A stretch of 64,000 nt of DNA from the NCBI GenBank assembly GCA_041489255.1, contig JBGPQV010000013.1:1-64000 (forward strand), given 5' to 3'. The notes beneath the pieces are model-generated. The model ran no database searches. It was not told the origin of the DNA and saw only the letters and a program-made list of their open reading frames with translations. The position numbers and the translations under genes were made by a program. Of the stretch, positions 9,160 to 19,762 are shown piece after piece. Numbering within the stretch: the stretch's first letter is position 1; each line of letters opens with the position of its first letter. The stretch is from Thermoplasmata archaeon. GTDB lineage: Archaea > Thermoplasmatota > Thermoplasmata > RBG-16-68-12 > JAFNFQ01.

Positions 9160-9209
9160 TACCCCTACACATTCATTAATATTCCGCAATGATTACAAAT
9201 GTAGGGGTA
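9160..9209. promoter_or_regulatory. Perfect 10-bp inverted repeat flanking the Fic promoter AT-rich core
   Basis: TACCCCTACA (9160-9169) and TGTAGGGGTA (9200-9209); the 30-bp spacer contains ATTAATA. Confidence 0.6.
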
Positions 9210-9327
9210 CGGGGTCTGAGGTTTCTCGCCCACAGGCACGCGATGTCAGGATGCTGAGAATATCCGGCAAATAGATGCTGTGCCATAGGTTCAAAAGGTT
9301 GTCTTAGGTTGGTCTCCTGAGGACACG

Positions 9328-11625
9328 ATGAGCAACGGCTCGACCGGTCGTGGGACAGGGGCATCGCGCAGGATGCGCGTTTTCGTGAGAGGCGCCGTCC
9401 AAGGAGTCGGATTCAGACCATTCGTCTATAACTTAGCCAAGAAGTCCGGTCTTGGCGGCTGGGTCCTCAACTCTCCTCAGGGCGTCCAGATCGAGGTGGA
9501 GGGCAAGCAACCGGATCTCGAAGAGTTCCTCATCCGTCTTCAAAAGGACAAGCCCAGACTTGCATTCATCCAGAGCTTGGAGTGGTCGTACCTCGCCCCA
9601 GCCAACCTCGGGAAGTTCGAGATAAGGAAAAGCAAAGCTGGCGGGGAGAAGCTCACGTTCGTGCTGCCAGACATCGCAACATGTGACTCATGTCTGGAAG
9701 AGACGATGGACGCGAAGGACAGGAGGTACCTCTACCCGTTCACAAACTGCACGCTTTGCGGCCCGCGATTCTCCATCATCGAGAAGCTGCCGTACGACCG
9801 CCCGAACACCTCCATGAAGGCATTCCGGATGTGCCCTGCCTGCGCAAAGGAGTACAAGGTTCCGGAGGACAGGAGGTTCCACGCGCAACCCATCGCCTGT
9901 CATGTGTGCGGACCGAGGCTGCAGCTGCTCGATGGCAAGGGCGCACCGATGGCCGGAGAGGAAGAGGCTCTCCTCATGGCCTGCGCGGTCGTGCGCGGCG
10001 GGAGGATACTCGGCCTGAAGGGCATCGGCGGTTTCCTGCTCTTGGCGGATGCGAGGAACGAAGAGGCGCTCACGAGGCTCAGACAGAGGAAGCTCAGGGA
10101 AGAGAAGCCTCTGGCCCTCATGTACCTGGATCTTAAGTCGGTCGAAAAGGACTGCTTCGTTGATGCTCTCGAGGCCCGTCTCCTGACGTCACCCGAGAAA
10201 CCGATCGTGCTTCTCAGGAAAAGGCCGGGTGCCTCAATCTCGGGCATCGTCGCCCCCGCCAATCCGTACCTTGGAGTCATGCTGCCATATGCCCCTCTGC
10301 ATCATCTCCTGTCGAGGGAGCTAGGCTTCCCCGTAATTGCGACGAGCGGCAACCTGACCGACGAGCCGATGGCCATCGAGACCGAAGAGGCAGTCAGCAA
10401 GCTCGGGTCGATTGCCGACGCTTTCCTCACTCACGACAGGCCGATAGTGCGGCGCATGGACGACTCGATCGCGCGCATCGTCGAAGGGCGCGAGGTCTTG
10501 CTCAGGCGGGCCAGAGGATACGCGCCGCTGCCGATCGAGGTATACAAGAAGCTGCCCAAGGTGCTCGCGCTTGGCGGGCACCTGAAGAACACCATCGCCA
10601 TGTCGAAGGGCAAACAGGTATTCGTGAGTCAGCACATCGGGGACCTAGAGACGAAGGAGGCTGTGGAGGCGTTCCAGCAGGCAGTGAATGATTTTCAGAA
10701 GCTCTACGAATTCAAACCCGAGGTCGTCGCGACAGACCTGCATCCCGCCTACGCCTCGACGCAGTTCGGCGAGAGCATTGGGATCGAAGTTCACAAGGTG
10801 CAGCACCACCTCGCCCACGTGTACTCGGTCATGGCAGACAACGGCCTTGACGGATCGCCCCTCGGCATCTCATGGGACGGGACGGGCTACGGGGAGGACA
10901 ACACGGTCTGGGGCGGGGAGTTCATCATCCCGGATGGCGGGCGCGGCGAATGGCTGGCAGGGTTCGAGCCTTTCCCGCTGATTGGCGGTGAGAAGGCGAT
11001 AAAGGAGCCGCGGAGGACCGCCCTCGGCATGCTCTACGCGTGCTTCGGGAAGGAAGCGTTCGAGATGAGAGACCTCCCGACGCTGAAGGCGTTCACCGAC
11101 GATGAGCTGGATTGGATGAAGGCGGCGGTGGAGCACGATGTGCAGAGCCCTAAATGCCGTTCTGTGGGGAGGCTGTTCGATGGCGTCTCCTCGATTCTCG
11201 ACATACGCCAGAAGATAACCTACGAAGGACAGGCGGCCATGGCCCTGGAATTTGCCGCGAACGGGATGGCTGAAAGGATCTACCCCTTCGACATCAAGCA
11301 TGGCGGGAGGCCGAAGTACTTGATCAATTGGGGGAGAACGCTCAGTGCGATTATCCAGGACGCGAAGTCAGACGTGGGCAACGACATAATCTCATCGCGG
11401 TTTCACGCAACCCTGGCAGAGATGGCGGCGAAGATCGCCGAAGCCTCTGGCGAAAGGCGGGTCGTCCTGTCTGGTGGTTGTTTCCAGAACGCTTTACTGG
11501 TCAGGAACCTCCAAACCAATCTTGGCAAAAGGGGTTTCGAGGTTTACACACACCAGAGGATACCGCCAAATGACGGAGGTATATCTCTCGGTCAGGTGAT
11601 TGCAACGGCAGAGGCGAGAAGGTGA
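9328..11625 (+). CDS. hypF: Hydrogenase maturation carbamoyltransferase HypF
   Basis: GAVQGVGFRPFVY acylphosphatase domain, two CxxC Zn fingers, DLHP, QHHLAH, WDGTGYG, PPNDGGISLGQ. Confidence 0.97.
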   Translation: MSNGSTGRGTGASRRMRVFVRGAVQGVGFRPFVYNLAKKSGLGGWVLNSPQGVQIEVEGKQPDLEEFLIRLQKDKPRLAFIQSLEWSYLAPANLGKFEIRKSKAGGEKLTFVLPDIATCDSCLEETMDAKDRRYLYPFTNCTLCGPRFSIIEKLPYDRPNTSMKAFRMCPACAKEYKVPEDRRFHAQPIACHVCGPRLQLLDGKGAPMAGEEEALLMACAVVRGGRILGLKGIGGFLLLADARNEEALTRLRQRKLREEKPLALMYLDLKSVEKDCFVDALEARLLTSPEKPIVLLRKRPGASISGIVAPANPYLGVMLPYAPLHHLLSRELGFPVIATSGNLTDEPMAIETEEAVSKLGSIADAFLTHDRPIVRRMDDSIARIVEGREVLLRRARGYAPLPIEVYKKLPKVLALGGHLKNTIAMSKGKQVFVSQHIGDLETKEAVEAFQQAVNDFQKLYEFKPEVVATDLHPAYASTQFGESIGIEVHKVQHHLAHVYSVMADNGLDGSPLGISWDGTGYGEDNTVWGGEFIIPDGGRGEWLAGFEPFPLIGGEKAIKEPRRTALGMLYACFGKEAFEMRDLPTLKAFTDDELDWMKAAVEHDVQSPKCRSVGRLFDGVSSILDIRQKITYEGQAAMALEFAANGMAERIYPFDIKHGGRPKYLINWGRTLSAIIQDAKSDVGNDIISSRFHATLAEMAAKIAEASGERRVVLSGGCFQNALLVRNLQTNLGKRGFEVYTHQRIPPNDGGISLGQVIATAEARR

Positions 11626-12770
11626 AGAAGGCGAAGAAGGAGATGGACCCGGAGAAGATGCAGTCCCTTCTCAGGAACGAGAAGGCGGTGAAGGGCATCG
11701 CCCGGGAGATCTCCCGCCTTGCAGGCAAGCATGGAGCCCGCATCATGCACGTCTGCGGCTCTCACGAGCACACCGCCACAAGGTTCGGACTGAGGACGCT
11801 GCTTCCCGCCAACGTCGAGCTGATTGCGGGGCCAGGATGTCCCGTGTGCGTTTGCTCCTCCGCGGACATCCGCGACGCGATCGAAGTCGCGAAGAAGGGG
11901 GCAATCCTCACAACTTTCGGCGACATGATGAGGGACAGGACTCAGCATGGCTCTCTGGAGGATGCTAGGGCCACGGGGGCGGATGTGAGAATGGTCTACA
12001 GCCCCCTGGACGCGGTCCAGATGGCCAAGGACAATCCGCGACGCGAGGTCGCGTTCTTCGGTGTCGGATTCGAGACCACCGCAGCACCGGTGGCGTCCAT
12101 GGTGTCCGGTGATTTCCCCGCCAACTTTTCGATACTCACCTCGTTCAAGCTCACATCTCCTGCGGTGGACGCTCTGCTCACATCAGGCAAGCACCACCTC
12201 GACGGGATTATTGCACCAGGTCATGTGTCGACGGTTGTCGGAGCAGTTGATTGGGCCAGGTTCCCCGAGAAATATGGCGTCCCCGCAGTCGTGGCGGGAT
12301 TCGAGCCGGCTGACCTGCTCCTGGCCATCCTGAAGATACTGCAGCAGATGAAAGCCGGCAAGCCGAAGGTGGAGAACGAGTACACCCGCCTCGTGCGGTT
12401 CGAGGGGAACCCTCATGCGCAGGAAGCGATGAGGAACGCGTTCGACGTGAAGCCGGCGTTCTGGCGGGGAATCGGGATGATTCCTGATTCGGGCTTGTTC
12501 CTCAAGGAACGCTGGAGCGATTTCGATGCCAAGAGGAAGTTCGAAATCAAGTCCTCAATCGATTCGGAGAAGGACCTTCCGAAGGGCTGTCACTGCGACG
12601 AGGTCATCGTCGGCGAGCTGTTCCCTAACGAGTGCCCCTTGTTCGGGAAGGCATGCACGCCGGCGAGCCCCTACGGGCCATGCATGGTCTCCGGCGAGGG
12701 GACATGCTACATCTGGCACAGGTTCGGCGATCCGAGGGAGATGAGGAAGATTCTGGCGGGGAGGAAGTGA
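11622..12770 (+). CDS. hypD: Hydrogenase maturation protein HypD
   Basis: MHVCGSH, GPGCPVC, GFETT, PGHVS, C-terminal Cys cluster GPCMVSGEGTC. Confidence 0.97.
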   Translation: MKKAKKEMDPEKMQSLLRNEKAVKGIAREISRLAGKHGARIMHVCGSHEHTATRFGLRTLLPANVELIAGPGCPVCVCSSADIRDAIEVAKKGAILTTFGDMMRDRTQHGSLEDARATGADVRMVYSPLDAVQMAKDNPRREVAFFGVGFETTAAPVASMVSGDFPANFSILTSFKLTSPAVDALLTSGKHHLDGIIAPGHVSTVVGAVDWARFPEKYGVPAVVAGFEPADLLLAILKILQQMKAGKPKVENEYTRLVRFEGNPHAQEAMRNAFDVKPAFWRGIGMIPDSGLFLKERWSDFDAKRKFEIKSSIDSEKDLPKGCHCDEVIVGELFPNECPLFGKACTPASPYGPCMVSGEGTCYIWHRFGDPREMRKILAGRK

Positions 12771-12771
12771 A

Positions 12772-12999
12772 ATGTGCCTCGCGATACCGATGAAGATTGT
12801 CAGCATCGACCGCGATCGCAGCCTCGCTCAGGCCGATGCGCTCGGCGTCACCAGGACGATCTCGATTGCGATGATGGGAGACGAGGTAAAGGAGGGTGAT
12901 TGGGTCATGGTGCACACGGGGTTCGCCCTCGAGAGGCTCGAGTACGAAGAGGCGAATGAGATACTCACGCTGTTGCAGGAAGTCGCCAAGGGGGAATAG
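12772..12999 (+). CDS. hypC: Hydrogenase assembly chaperone HypC
   Basis: MCLAIP N-terminus, GDWVMVHTGFA. Confidence 0.97.
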   Translation: MCLAIPMKIVSIDRDRSLAQADALGVTRTISIAMMGDEVKEGDWVMVHTGFALERLEYEEANEILTLLQEVAKGE

Positions 13000-13001
13000 C
13001 G

Positions 13002-14024
13002 ATGGAAAAGCGAGTGACTCTCGGTCACGGGGCTGGCGGGAAGATGACTCAGGACCTAATCAATTCGCTCTTCATCCCGCACCTGAAAAATGACCTGCTG
13101 ATGGAGATGGGGGACTCCGCGATTCTCCGCAAGAAGCCACTGCGAGACAGGCTCGCGTTCACGACGGACTCGTTCGTGGTGACGCCGCTCTTCTTCCCTG
13201 GCGGTGACATCGGAAAGCTGGCTGTGAACGGGACCATCAACGATCTCGTCGTGGCGGGAGCAGAGCCGCTCTACCTGTCTGCGGGTTTCATTCTGGAGGA
13301 GGGCCTGCCCTTCGAGGAACTGGAAAAGGTGTGCGTGTCAATGGCCGACGCGTGTAACGATGGCGGCGTCAAGATAGTCGCCGCAGACACGAAGGTCGTG
13401 GAGAAGGGCAAGGGTGATGGCATCTTCATCAACACTTCCGGTGTCGGACTCCTGCGTCCGAAGGCGCGCATCGATGCGAAGAGGGTTGCACCGGGTGACA
13501 GCATTCTCGTGACCGGGACTCTCGGGGATCACGGCATCTCCGTCTTCCTCGCCCGCCAGAGGCTCGGCATCGAGACCAACGTGAAGAGCGACTGCGCAGC
13601 GTTAGACACCCTGTTGCTGCCGCTCATCGACAGGTTTGGCGGTGACATACACTTCATGAGGGATCTGACGCGCGGAGGGTTCGCTACGGTACTGAATGAG
13701 ATGGCGGGGCAGTCCGGCACGAGCGTCGTCGTCAGGGAGGCCTCCATACCCGTGCTGCCCGGAGTAACGGCCGTCTGCGAGATGCTCGGTTTCGACCCGC
13801 TGTACCTTGCGAACGAGGGAAAGGCGATGCTGGCGGTTTCGCCTGCTGTGGCGGGCAAGGTCTTGAAGCATCTGAGGAAGTATCGGCTCGGCAGGAACGC
13901 GGAGATTGTCGGTCGGGTCGATCAGGCGGGCGGGAGCAGGGCGAGAGTCTTCCTGGACACCGCAGTTGGCGGGACACGACTACTCGACAAGCTTTTGGAG
14001 GATCAGTTGCCGAGGATTTGCTGA
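13002..14024 (+). CDS. hypE: Hydrogenase maturation protein HypE
   Basis: HGAGG, TTDSFVV, GGDIGKLAV, C-terminal LPRIC. Confidence 0.97.
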   Translation: MEKRVTLGHGAGGKMTQDLINSLFIPHLKNDLLMEMGDSAILRKKPLRDRLAFTTDSFVVTPLFFPGGDIGKLAVNGTINDLVVAGAEPLYLSAGFILEEGLPFEELEKVCVSMADACNDGGVKIVAADTKVVEKGKGDGIFINTSGVGLLRPKARIDAKRVAPGDSILVTGTLGDHGISVFLARQRLGIETNVKSDCAALDTLLLPLIDRFGGDIHFMRDLTRGGFATVLNEMAGQSGTSVVVREASIPVLPGVTAVCEMLGFDPLYLANEGKAMLAVSPAVAGKVLKHLRKYRLGRNAEIVGRVDQAGGSRARVFLDTAVGGTRLLDKLLEDQLPRIC

Positions 14025-14382
14025 GGCGTCAGAAGGTAACTTGATGTCGAAGGGATAAAAGCATTGACGACTTCGACGAGGATGACTGAGGCCGCAGGGA
14101 CACCTCTTGGCGGTGCGATGTAGCTCTTCTCCAGCTCTTCTTAACTTGTTCCAGAGATCCTCTTGACTTGTTCCATATTGGACAATCGGGGTTTGGACCC
14201 ACGATCGTTTGCGAAACATCCGCTGATTGCCCCAGATGCCGTTTGGGCGACTTCATCCGATGTCGTGAGCTAATGCGAACATCTCCACCCAGAAGGGTGG
14301 GTTGGCTGTACCCCCTTGGGAATCTCCATACTATAAGTAGAGGAGGTTAAATTGGGATACCGATTCATAGTTAGTGATAAAG

Positions 14383-14946
14383 ATGTTTGAAATCCGCTTC
14401 CACGGACGAGGCGGCCAAGGCTCTGTTATTGCATCTGAAATTTTGTCAAAGGCGGTCTTCTTGGAGGGGAAGGATGTGCAGAGCTTCCCGTTCTTCGGCG
14501 TCGAGAGGCGAGGCGCGCCCGTCCAGGCATACACCCGCATAGACGATAAACCGATCAGGGTGAAGACGAACATATACACCCCGGACTGCGTGGTCGTGCT
14601 CGACCCCAGCCTCCTCAAGAGCCAGAACGTGACGGCGGGCCTGAAGGAAGGAGGCTATCTGCTGATCAACACGGAGAAGAAGCCGGAGGAACTCGACATC
14701 GCTTTCAAGGGGATCATGGCGACCGTCGACGCGACCGACATCGCTCTCAAGTTAGGTCTCGGTAGCAAGTCCGCGCCCATTGTCAACACCGCCATACTCG
14801 GAGCGCTCGCGAAAGTCACCGGCCTCGTGAGACTCGATTCAATTACCACTGCAATCAGCGAATCCGTCCCGAACAAACCCGAGGCGAATGCCGCCGCAGC
14901 AAAGGAAGCGTTCGAGAAGGTGCTCATCAGGAGGTTGGCCGCGTGA
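14383..14946 (+). CDS. porG: Pyruvate/2-oxoacid:ferredoxin oxidoreductase gamma subunit
   Basis: [27 protein letters not shown]. Confidence 0.95.
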   Translation: MFEIRFHGRGGQGSVIASEILSKAVFLEGKDVQSFPFFGVERRGAPVQAYTRIDDKPIRVKTNIYTPDCVVVLDPSLLKSQNVTAGLKEGGYLLINTEKKPEELDIAFKGIMATVDATDIALKLGLGSKSAPIVNTAILGALAKVTGLVRLDSITTAISESVPNKPEANAAAAKEAFEKVLIRRLAA

Positions 14947-15218
14947 AGACCTACAAGACATACGCGGACCTCCCCGGCGCGCCAATCGCGGATGTTCCCA
15001 GTCAGGAGGAATCGACAGCCGGCTGGAGGACGACAAGGCCTGTCCTGGACCCGAAAAACTGCACTAAATGCTACCTCTGCTGGAAGTACTGCCCCGACAC
15101 CGCCATCTCGGTCAACGACGAAGGATGGCCCGTGATCAGGTACGAGCACTGCAAGGGCTGCGGCATCTGTGCGGCAGAGTGCCCGAAGGAGTGCATAGTC
15201 ATGGAGAAGGAGGTCTGA
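14943..15218 (+). CDS. porD: POR delta subunit (2x[4Fe-4S])
   Basis: [30 protein letters not shown]. Confidence 0.95.
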   Translation: MKTYKTYADLPGAPIADVPSQEESTAGWRTTRPVLDPKNCTKCYLCWKYCPDTAISVNDEGWPVIRYEHCKGCGICAAECPKECIVMEKEV

Positions 15219-15220
15219 GG

Positions 15221-16414
15221 ATGACGAAGGTCGTCATGACAGGTAACTACGCGCAGAGCTACGCGTCGAAGCTCGCCAGGGCGCAAGTCGTGGCGGCGTA
15301 TCCCATAACCCCCCAGACCAGCATCGTGGAGAAGATCGCCGACTTCGTCTCATCGGGCGAGATGGTAACTCAGTACATCAAGGTCGAGAGCGAGCACAGC
15401 GCGATGCAGGCGTGCATCTCCGCCGCCGCCCTCGGCGCGAGGTCGTACACGGCGACATCTTCGCAAGGACTGTTGCTGATGCACGAACTGCTCTTCTGGG
15501 CCGCCGGCCAGAGAGCGCCAATAGTCATGGGGATAATCAACAGGGCGGTCGCACCGCCATGGTCGATATGGACCGACCACACTGACAGCATGGCGCAGAG
15601 GGACACCGGCTGGATCCAATATTACTGCGAGAGCAACCAGGAGGTCCTCGACACGGTCCTTCAAGCGTACAAGGTCGCCGAGAACCCGGACATCAGGCTT
15701 CCCGCCATGGTCATGGAGGACGCGTTCTACCTCTCACATACAATCGAGGCGGTCGACGTCCCGCCGCAGGGTGAGGTCGATGCCTACATCCCGCTCAAGC
15801 GCTCGCCCTGGGTGCTCGACATCGAGAAGCCGACGAGGATGGGCTCCTTCATGGGCCCGGACATCTACATGGAGTACAGGTACATCGTCGCGAAGGCCAT
15901 GCAGGAATCGAGGAAGGTCATTGTGGAGGCCGACGAGGACTATGGCAGGCGGTTCGGCAGGAGCTACGACGGCCTCCTTCCGACCTATCGGTGCGATGAT
16001 GCCGATGTCGTGCTGCTGACAATAGGGACAGCCTCGTGCACCGCCAGGGAGGTCGTGGACGAGCTTAGGACGGAAGGCAAGAAGGTCGGGCTCGCCCGCA
16101 TGAGGGTCTTCAGGCCATTCCCCGGGGAAGAAATCGCTCGACTCGCATCCAGCGTCAGGGCGATCGGCGTGGTCGACAGGAGCTGGGGATTCGGGCATAG
16201 GGGCACGATGTTCACCGAGGTGACCGGCGCGCTCTACAAGTCGAAGTCTAGGCCGCTGATGAAGGACTATATAACGGGCGTTGGCGGGAGGGACATCACG
16301 CCTCAGGTCCTCCGCGGCATTTACTTGGACCTGCTCAAGATTCGCGAAAGCGATGAGGAGATGGATTGGTGGGGTCTCAGGCGCCCGGAGAAGGAGGTGA
16401 AGCACAATGCCTAG
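15221..16414 (+). CDS. porA: POR alpha subunit
   Basis: AYPITPQT, VESEHSA, TATSSQGL; RBS GGAGGT upstream of ATG 15221. Confidence 0.95.
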   Translation: MTKVVMTGNYAQSYASKLARAQVVAAYPITPQTSIVEKIADFVSSGEMVTQYIKVESEHSAMQACISAAALGARSYTATSSQGLLLMHELLFWAAGQRAPIVMGIINRAVAPPWSIWTDHTDSMAQRDTGWIQYYCESNQEVLDTVLQAYKVAENPDIRLPAMVMEDAFYLSHTIEAVDVPPQGEVDAYIPLKRSPWVLDIEKPTRMGSFMGPDIYMEYRYIVAKAMQESRKVIVEADEDYGRRFGRSYDGLLPTYRCDDADVVLLTIGTASCTAREVVDELRTEGKKVGLARMRVFRPFPGEEIARLASSVRAIGVVDRSWGFGHRGTMFTEVTGALYKSKSRPLMKDYITGVGGRDITPQVLRGIYLDLLKIRESDEEMDWWGLRRPEKEVKHNA

Positions 16415-17321
16415 GTTCTCCATACCTGAGCAGGAGCTGGTCTACTCTGGCCATGTCGCCTGCCCTGGCTGCGGCGGCGGCCTCGCGATAAGGTACATGC
16501 TCAAGGCGCTGGGCCCTAGGACGATCGTGAGCATCCCGGCCTGCTGCTGGGCGATAACCTCGGGGCCTTTCCCGAGGACTGCACTCAAGGTCCCGACGCT
16601 CGACACCGCCTTCGAGACCACTGGCGCATCGATCTCCGGCCTGAGGGCGGCCCTGGACGCTCTCGGAATGAAAGACATCACCGTCGTCGGATATGCTGGA
16701 GATGGCGGCACGGCGGACATAGGAATCCAGGCCCTCTCCGGGATGATTGAGCGGAACACCGATGCAATTTACTTTATGTACGATAACGAGGCCTACATGA
16801 ACACGGGCATCCAGAGGTCCAGCGCGACTCCGTTCGGCGCCTGGACAACGACGACGCCGGCGGACATGGACGGCACCTGGAAGACCGAGCCGAAGAAGAG
16901 CATGATGGCCATCGTCGTTGCGCACAAGATTCCTTATGCGGCAACGGTCTCCATCGGCTTCCCTGAGGACTTCGTGAGGAAGGTGGAGAAGGCGAAGAGC
17001 ATCAAAGGTCCGAGGTTCATCCACGCGTTCTGCCCTTGCCCTCCAGGATGGAAGTACTCGCCCGAGAACACGATTAAGCTCGCCAAGCTCGGCGTCATCA
17101 CCAATGTCTTTCCCCTCTACGAGGTGGAGAACGGCGTCTACAAGATCACGATGAAGCCCTCGAAGCCCCGCCCCGTGAAGGAGTACCTCGGGACGCAGGG
17201 CAGGTTCAAGCACCTCACGGACGAGATGATCGCGCAGATCCAAGAGAGGACGGACAAGACTTGGAATAACCTGCTCGCCTTGGAGGGGTTCTCCAAGGAG
17301 CATCCATATTGCGGCCTATAG
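16407..17321 (+). CDS. porB: POR beta subunit
   Basis: ACPGCG, GDGG TPP motif, YDNEAYMNTGIQRS, PCPPGW. Confidence 0.95.
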   Translation: MPRFSIPEQELVYSGHVACPGCGGGLAIRYMLKALGPRTIVSIPACCWAITSGPFPRTALKVPTLDTAFETTGASISGLRAALDALGMKDITVVGYAGDGGTADIGIQALSGMIERNTDAIYFMYDNEAYMNTGIQRSSATPFGAWTTTTPADMDGTWKTEPKKSMMAIVVAHKIPYAATVSIGFPEDFVRKVEKAKSIKGPRFIHAFCPCPPGWKYSPENTIKLAKLGVITNVFPLYEVENGVYKITMKPSKPRPVKEYLGTQGRFKHLTDEMIAQIQERTDKTWNNLLALEGFSKEHPYCGL

Positions 17322-17563
17322 AGGAAAATGCGGGTAATGGGCTTTCGCAGCCTCAATCATGTGGGCGAAAATTCGATAGCATGATTTTTTGAACGGGCGG
17401 ATAATCCGCCGCCTTACAATCGATAAATCCGGAACAAGGCCTCCCTTCTCTATGCGCCGAAAGTATTCGGGAGCCCAAGAATGGGTTAGCAAAGAGCATA
17501 TATACTTTTCTCGCGTATCATCGTCTACATCATATATACCGCAATGGCCGGGAGGATGAATAA

Positions 17564-18616
17564 ATGGAGAGCCGGAAAATCCAGAAAGTTGGGACTTCGA
17601 CCCTGACTATATCGTTGCCGCGGAGCTGGGCGACGGCCAGGAACCTGAAGAAGGGGGACCAGGTGTTCCTCACCGAGGAGGGCGAGACGCTCAAGGTGAT
17701 CCCCGCATCCTCAATCCAGGACAGGAGGCGCGCCGCGGAGGAGTACTTGATCGACGCTGACCTTTGCGAGGGACCGGGGATGCTCGAGCAGATTCTCGTC
17801 GGATGCTACGTCCTCGGCAGGGAGAGGTTCACCGTCAAGTCTGCGACACGGTTGAAGAGCGAGTACATAGAGGTGACCAGGAGGGCGTCGCGCAGGCTCA
17901 TGGGTCTTGGCATCATCGAGGAGACATCCAGCAAGATAGTCCTCCAGTGCTCGATTGAGCCGACGAGGTACCCGATCGACGCTCTGCTGAAGAGGCTGTT
18001 CAACCTGGGCTCGACGATGCTGGACGAGGCCGTCGAGGCCCTGATCACGAAGGACAGGAGGCTCGCCGAGGACGCCGTGAAGCGAGAGGACGACGCGGAC
18101 ATGATGTACTGGCTCATCGTGCGGCTTCTACTCTCGGCCCAACTCGACGACGGTCTGGTCGACAAGCTCGGCATGAAATCCAAGCTGGAGATCGCCGGGT
18201 ACAGGCTCATCGCCAAGGAACTGGAGAGCGTGGCGGACCACAGCGAGGAAATCGCTCAAACGGTCTGTGAAATGATCGAGTCAGAGGTGGAAGTGCCATC
18301 GAGCCTTGTCAAGGGGCTGAAGGACCTAACGGACAGCGTGAGAGAGCTGTACAGCAGGGGCATCGCGGCGCTCTTGTCGAGGGATCTGAAGGTCGCGAGC
18401 GAGACGGTTCTGATGCGCGCGGAGCTCGAGAAGAAGGAGGAAAAGTTCATGAAGCAGCTGATTGACCAGACCGAGGACCTGCAACTGCAGACTCATATCA
18501 GGACGATTCTCCACGGAATCGAGCGCATGAGCGAGTACGCATCCTCCATAGGCGTGATTGCGATTAACAGGTACCTCGAGCGCCCCACGAACATCTGTCA
18601 TCCCGCCGGCGCGTGA
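17564..18616 (+). CDS. Archaeal phosphate-uptake regulator (AbrB domain plus PhoU repeats)
   Basis: RKIQKVGTSTLTISLPRSW AbrB N-terminus; EDDAD, LESVADH, IERMSEY PhoU motifs; CATATATAC repeated twice upstream (17497, 17531). Confidence 0.9.
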   Translation: MESRKIQKVGTSTLTISLPRSWATARNLKKGDQVFLTEEGETLKVIPASSIQDRRRAAEEYLIDADLCEGPGMLEQILVGCYVLGRERFTVKSATRLKSEYIEVTRRASRRLMGLGIIEETSSKIVLQCSIEPTRYPIDALLKRLFNLGSTMLDEAVEALITKDRRLAEDAVKREDDADMMYWLIVRLLLSAQLDDGLVDKLGMKSKLEIAGYRLIAKELESVADHSEEIAQTVCEMIESEVEVPSSLVKGLKDLTDSVRELYSRGIAALLSRDLKVASETVLMRAELEKKEEKFMKQLIDQTEDLQLQTHIRTILHGIERMSEYASSIGVIAINRYLERPTNICHPAGA

Positions 18617-18652
18617 GACGCCGCCCTTTCACACCAAGTGCGGGCCGGGTTC

Positions 18653-19519
18653 TCAGCGGTCGGCCTTGATCGCCACCGCAAAATCCTCGGCAACGGAGAT
18701 TTTCGACACCGGGCTCGGCACGGTGTCCGTCGACACGACGTCGTCGCAGACCTTCAGGTGTTCCAGGGCATTCGCGGTGAAGAGCCCGTGGAGGCATGCC
18801 GCCATCACCCCTGTAGCTCCCTGTTCCTTGACCGCGTTTGCGGCGCTGACTATCGTTCTTCCGGTGGAGATGACATCGTCTACGATCGCCACTCTCTTCC
18901 CGCGGGCGTCGAGGTTCTTCGGGGCCATGCGGACCGTGAAGCTATCTATCCTCTCTTTCTCCAGCCAGTCCCAGGACGCCCCTATGGCCTCCGAGACCTC
19001 CTTGGCGTGTCTCACCGCGCCCTTGTCCGGGGAAAGCACGAGGTCCACACCCCTGCCCTTCAGATACCGCGCAATCGCGGGCATGCCGTCGACCTCCTTG
19101 GCGGGGACATCGAAGTATCCGAGCACGGAAGGGTTGTGCAGCCCCATCGTGTAGATCGCGTCAGCCTGGACCTGGACATGCTTCGCCAGGACGCGGGCGC
19201 TGACGCCCTCCCCTTCCTCGAACTTCTTGTCTTGCCTGCCGTAGCCGAAGTATGGTATGACGAGCGTCAGCGAGGCCGCGCCCCCCTCGCGCACCGCGTC
19301 CTCGAGTAGCAGCAGCTCGATTATCTTAGAGTCGGGGTGGGTAGTCTGCACCACGACGATGTCCTCGCCCTTGACGGAGGCCTGCAGCCTCACGTACTGC
19401 TCGCCGTCGGGGAAACCCCCGGGGTGCTTCTCGTGCTGGACCGAGATATAATCGATGCCGAGCACGCGGGCGAGATTCTGTGCAAGATTCAGGGAAGCAG
19501 AGCCGCCGACTACCTTCAT
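18653..19519 (-). CDS. prs: Ribose-phosphate pyrophosphokinase
   Basis: FPDGE, PYFGYGRQDK, SPDKGA, IVDDVISTGRT. Confidence 0.95.
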   Translation of the reverse strand: MKVVGGSASLNLAQNLARVLGIDYISVQHEKHPGGFPDGEQYVRLQASVKGEDIVVVQTTHPDSKIIELLLLEDAVREGGAASLTLVIPYFGYGRQDKKFEEGEGVSARVLAKHVQVQADAIYTMGLHNPSVLGYFDVPAKEVDGMPAIARYLKGRGVDLVLSPDKGAVRHAKEVSEAIGASWDWLEKERIDSFTVRMAPKNLDARGKRVAIVDDVISTGRTIVSAANAVKEQGATGVMAACLHGLFTANALEHLKVCDDVVSTDTVPSPVSKISVAEDFAVAIKADR

Positions 19520-19572
19520 TCTCCAACCCTGGATGGCGGGATGCTGCGCCACATATTTCAATCAGAGCCCAC

Positions 19573-19655
19573 CCAGACTCACGGGGGCGATAGGGGTCTG
19601 CGAGGCTTTTTATATCATGCCTGAAGGTTCGTGCTACCGCGGTCCAATGGATTTC
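19573..19655 (+). repeat. Copy 1 of duplicated promoter segment (TATA plus start-codon context)
   Basis: GCGATAGGGGTCTGCGAGGCTTTTTATATC (19587-19616) is identical to 22017-22046; similarity continues to ATGGATTTC vs ATGGACTTC. Confidence 0.85.
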
Positions 19656-19762
19656 CCGATTGTGCCCAATATCGCCTACGACGTCCTTGTCGCGTCCCCA
19701 TCGGTGCCGCGAAAGACGCGCGGAAATCTTCTGGACGGAGTTGAAGAAAGTGGAAGTCCAAG

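Noticed and set aside
14029-14330. Short ORFs between hypE and porG, with a 15-bp near-repeat (TCTTRACTTGTTCCA)
   Set aside because: No recognisable motif in any frame; possibly a decayed gene but not supportable.
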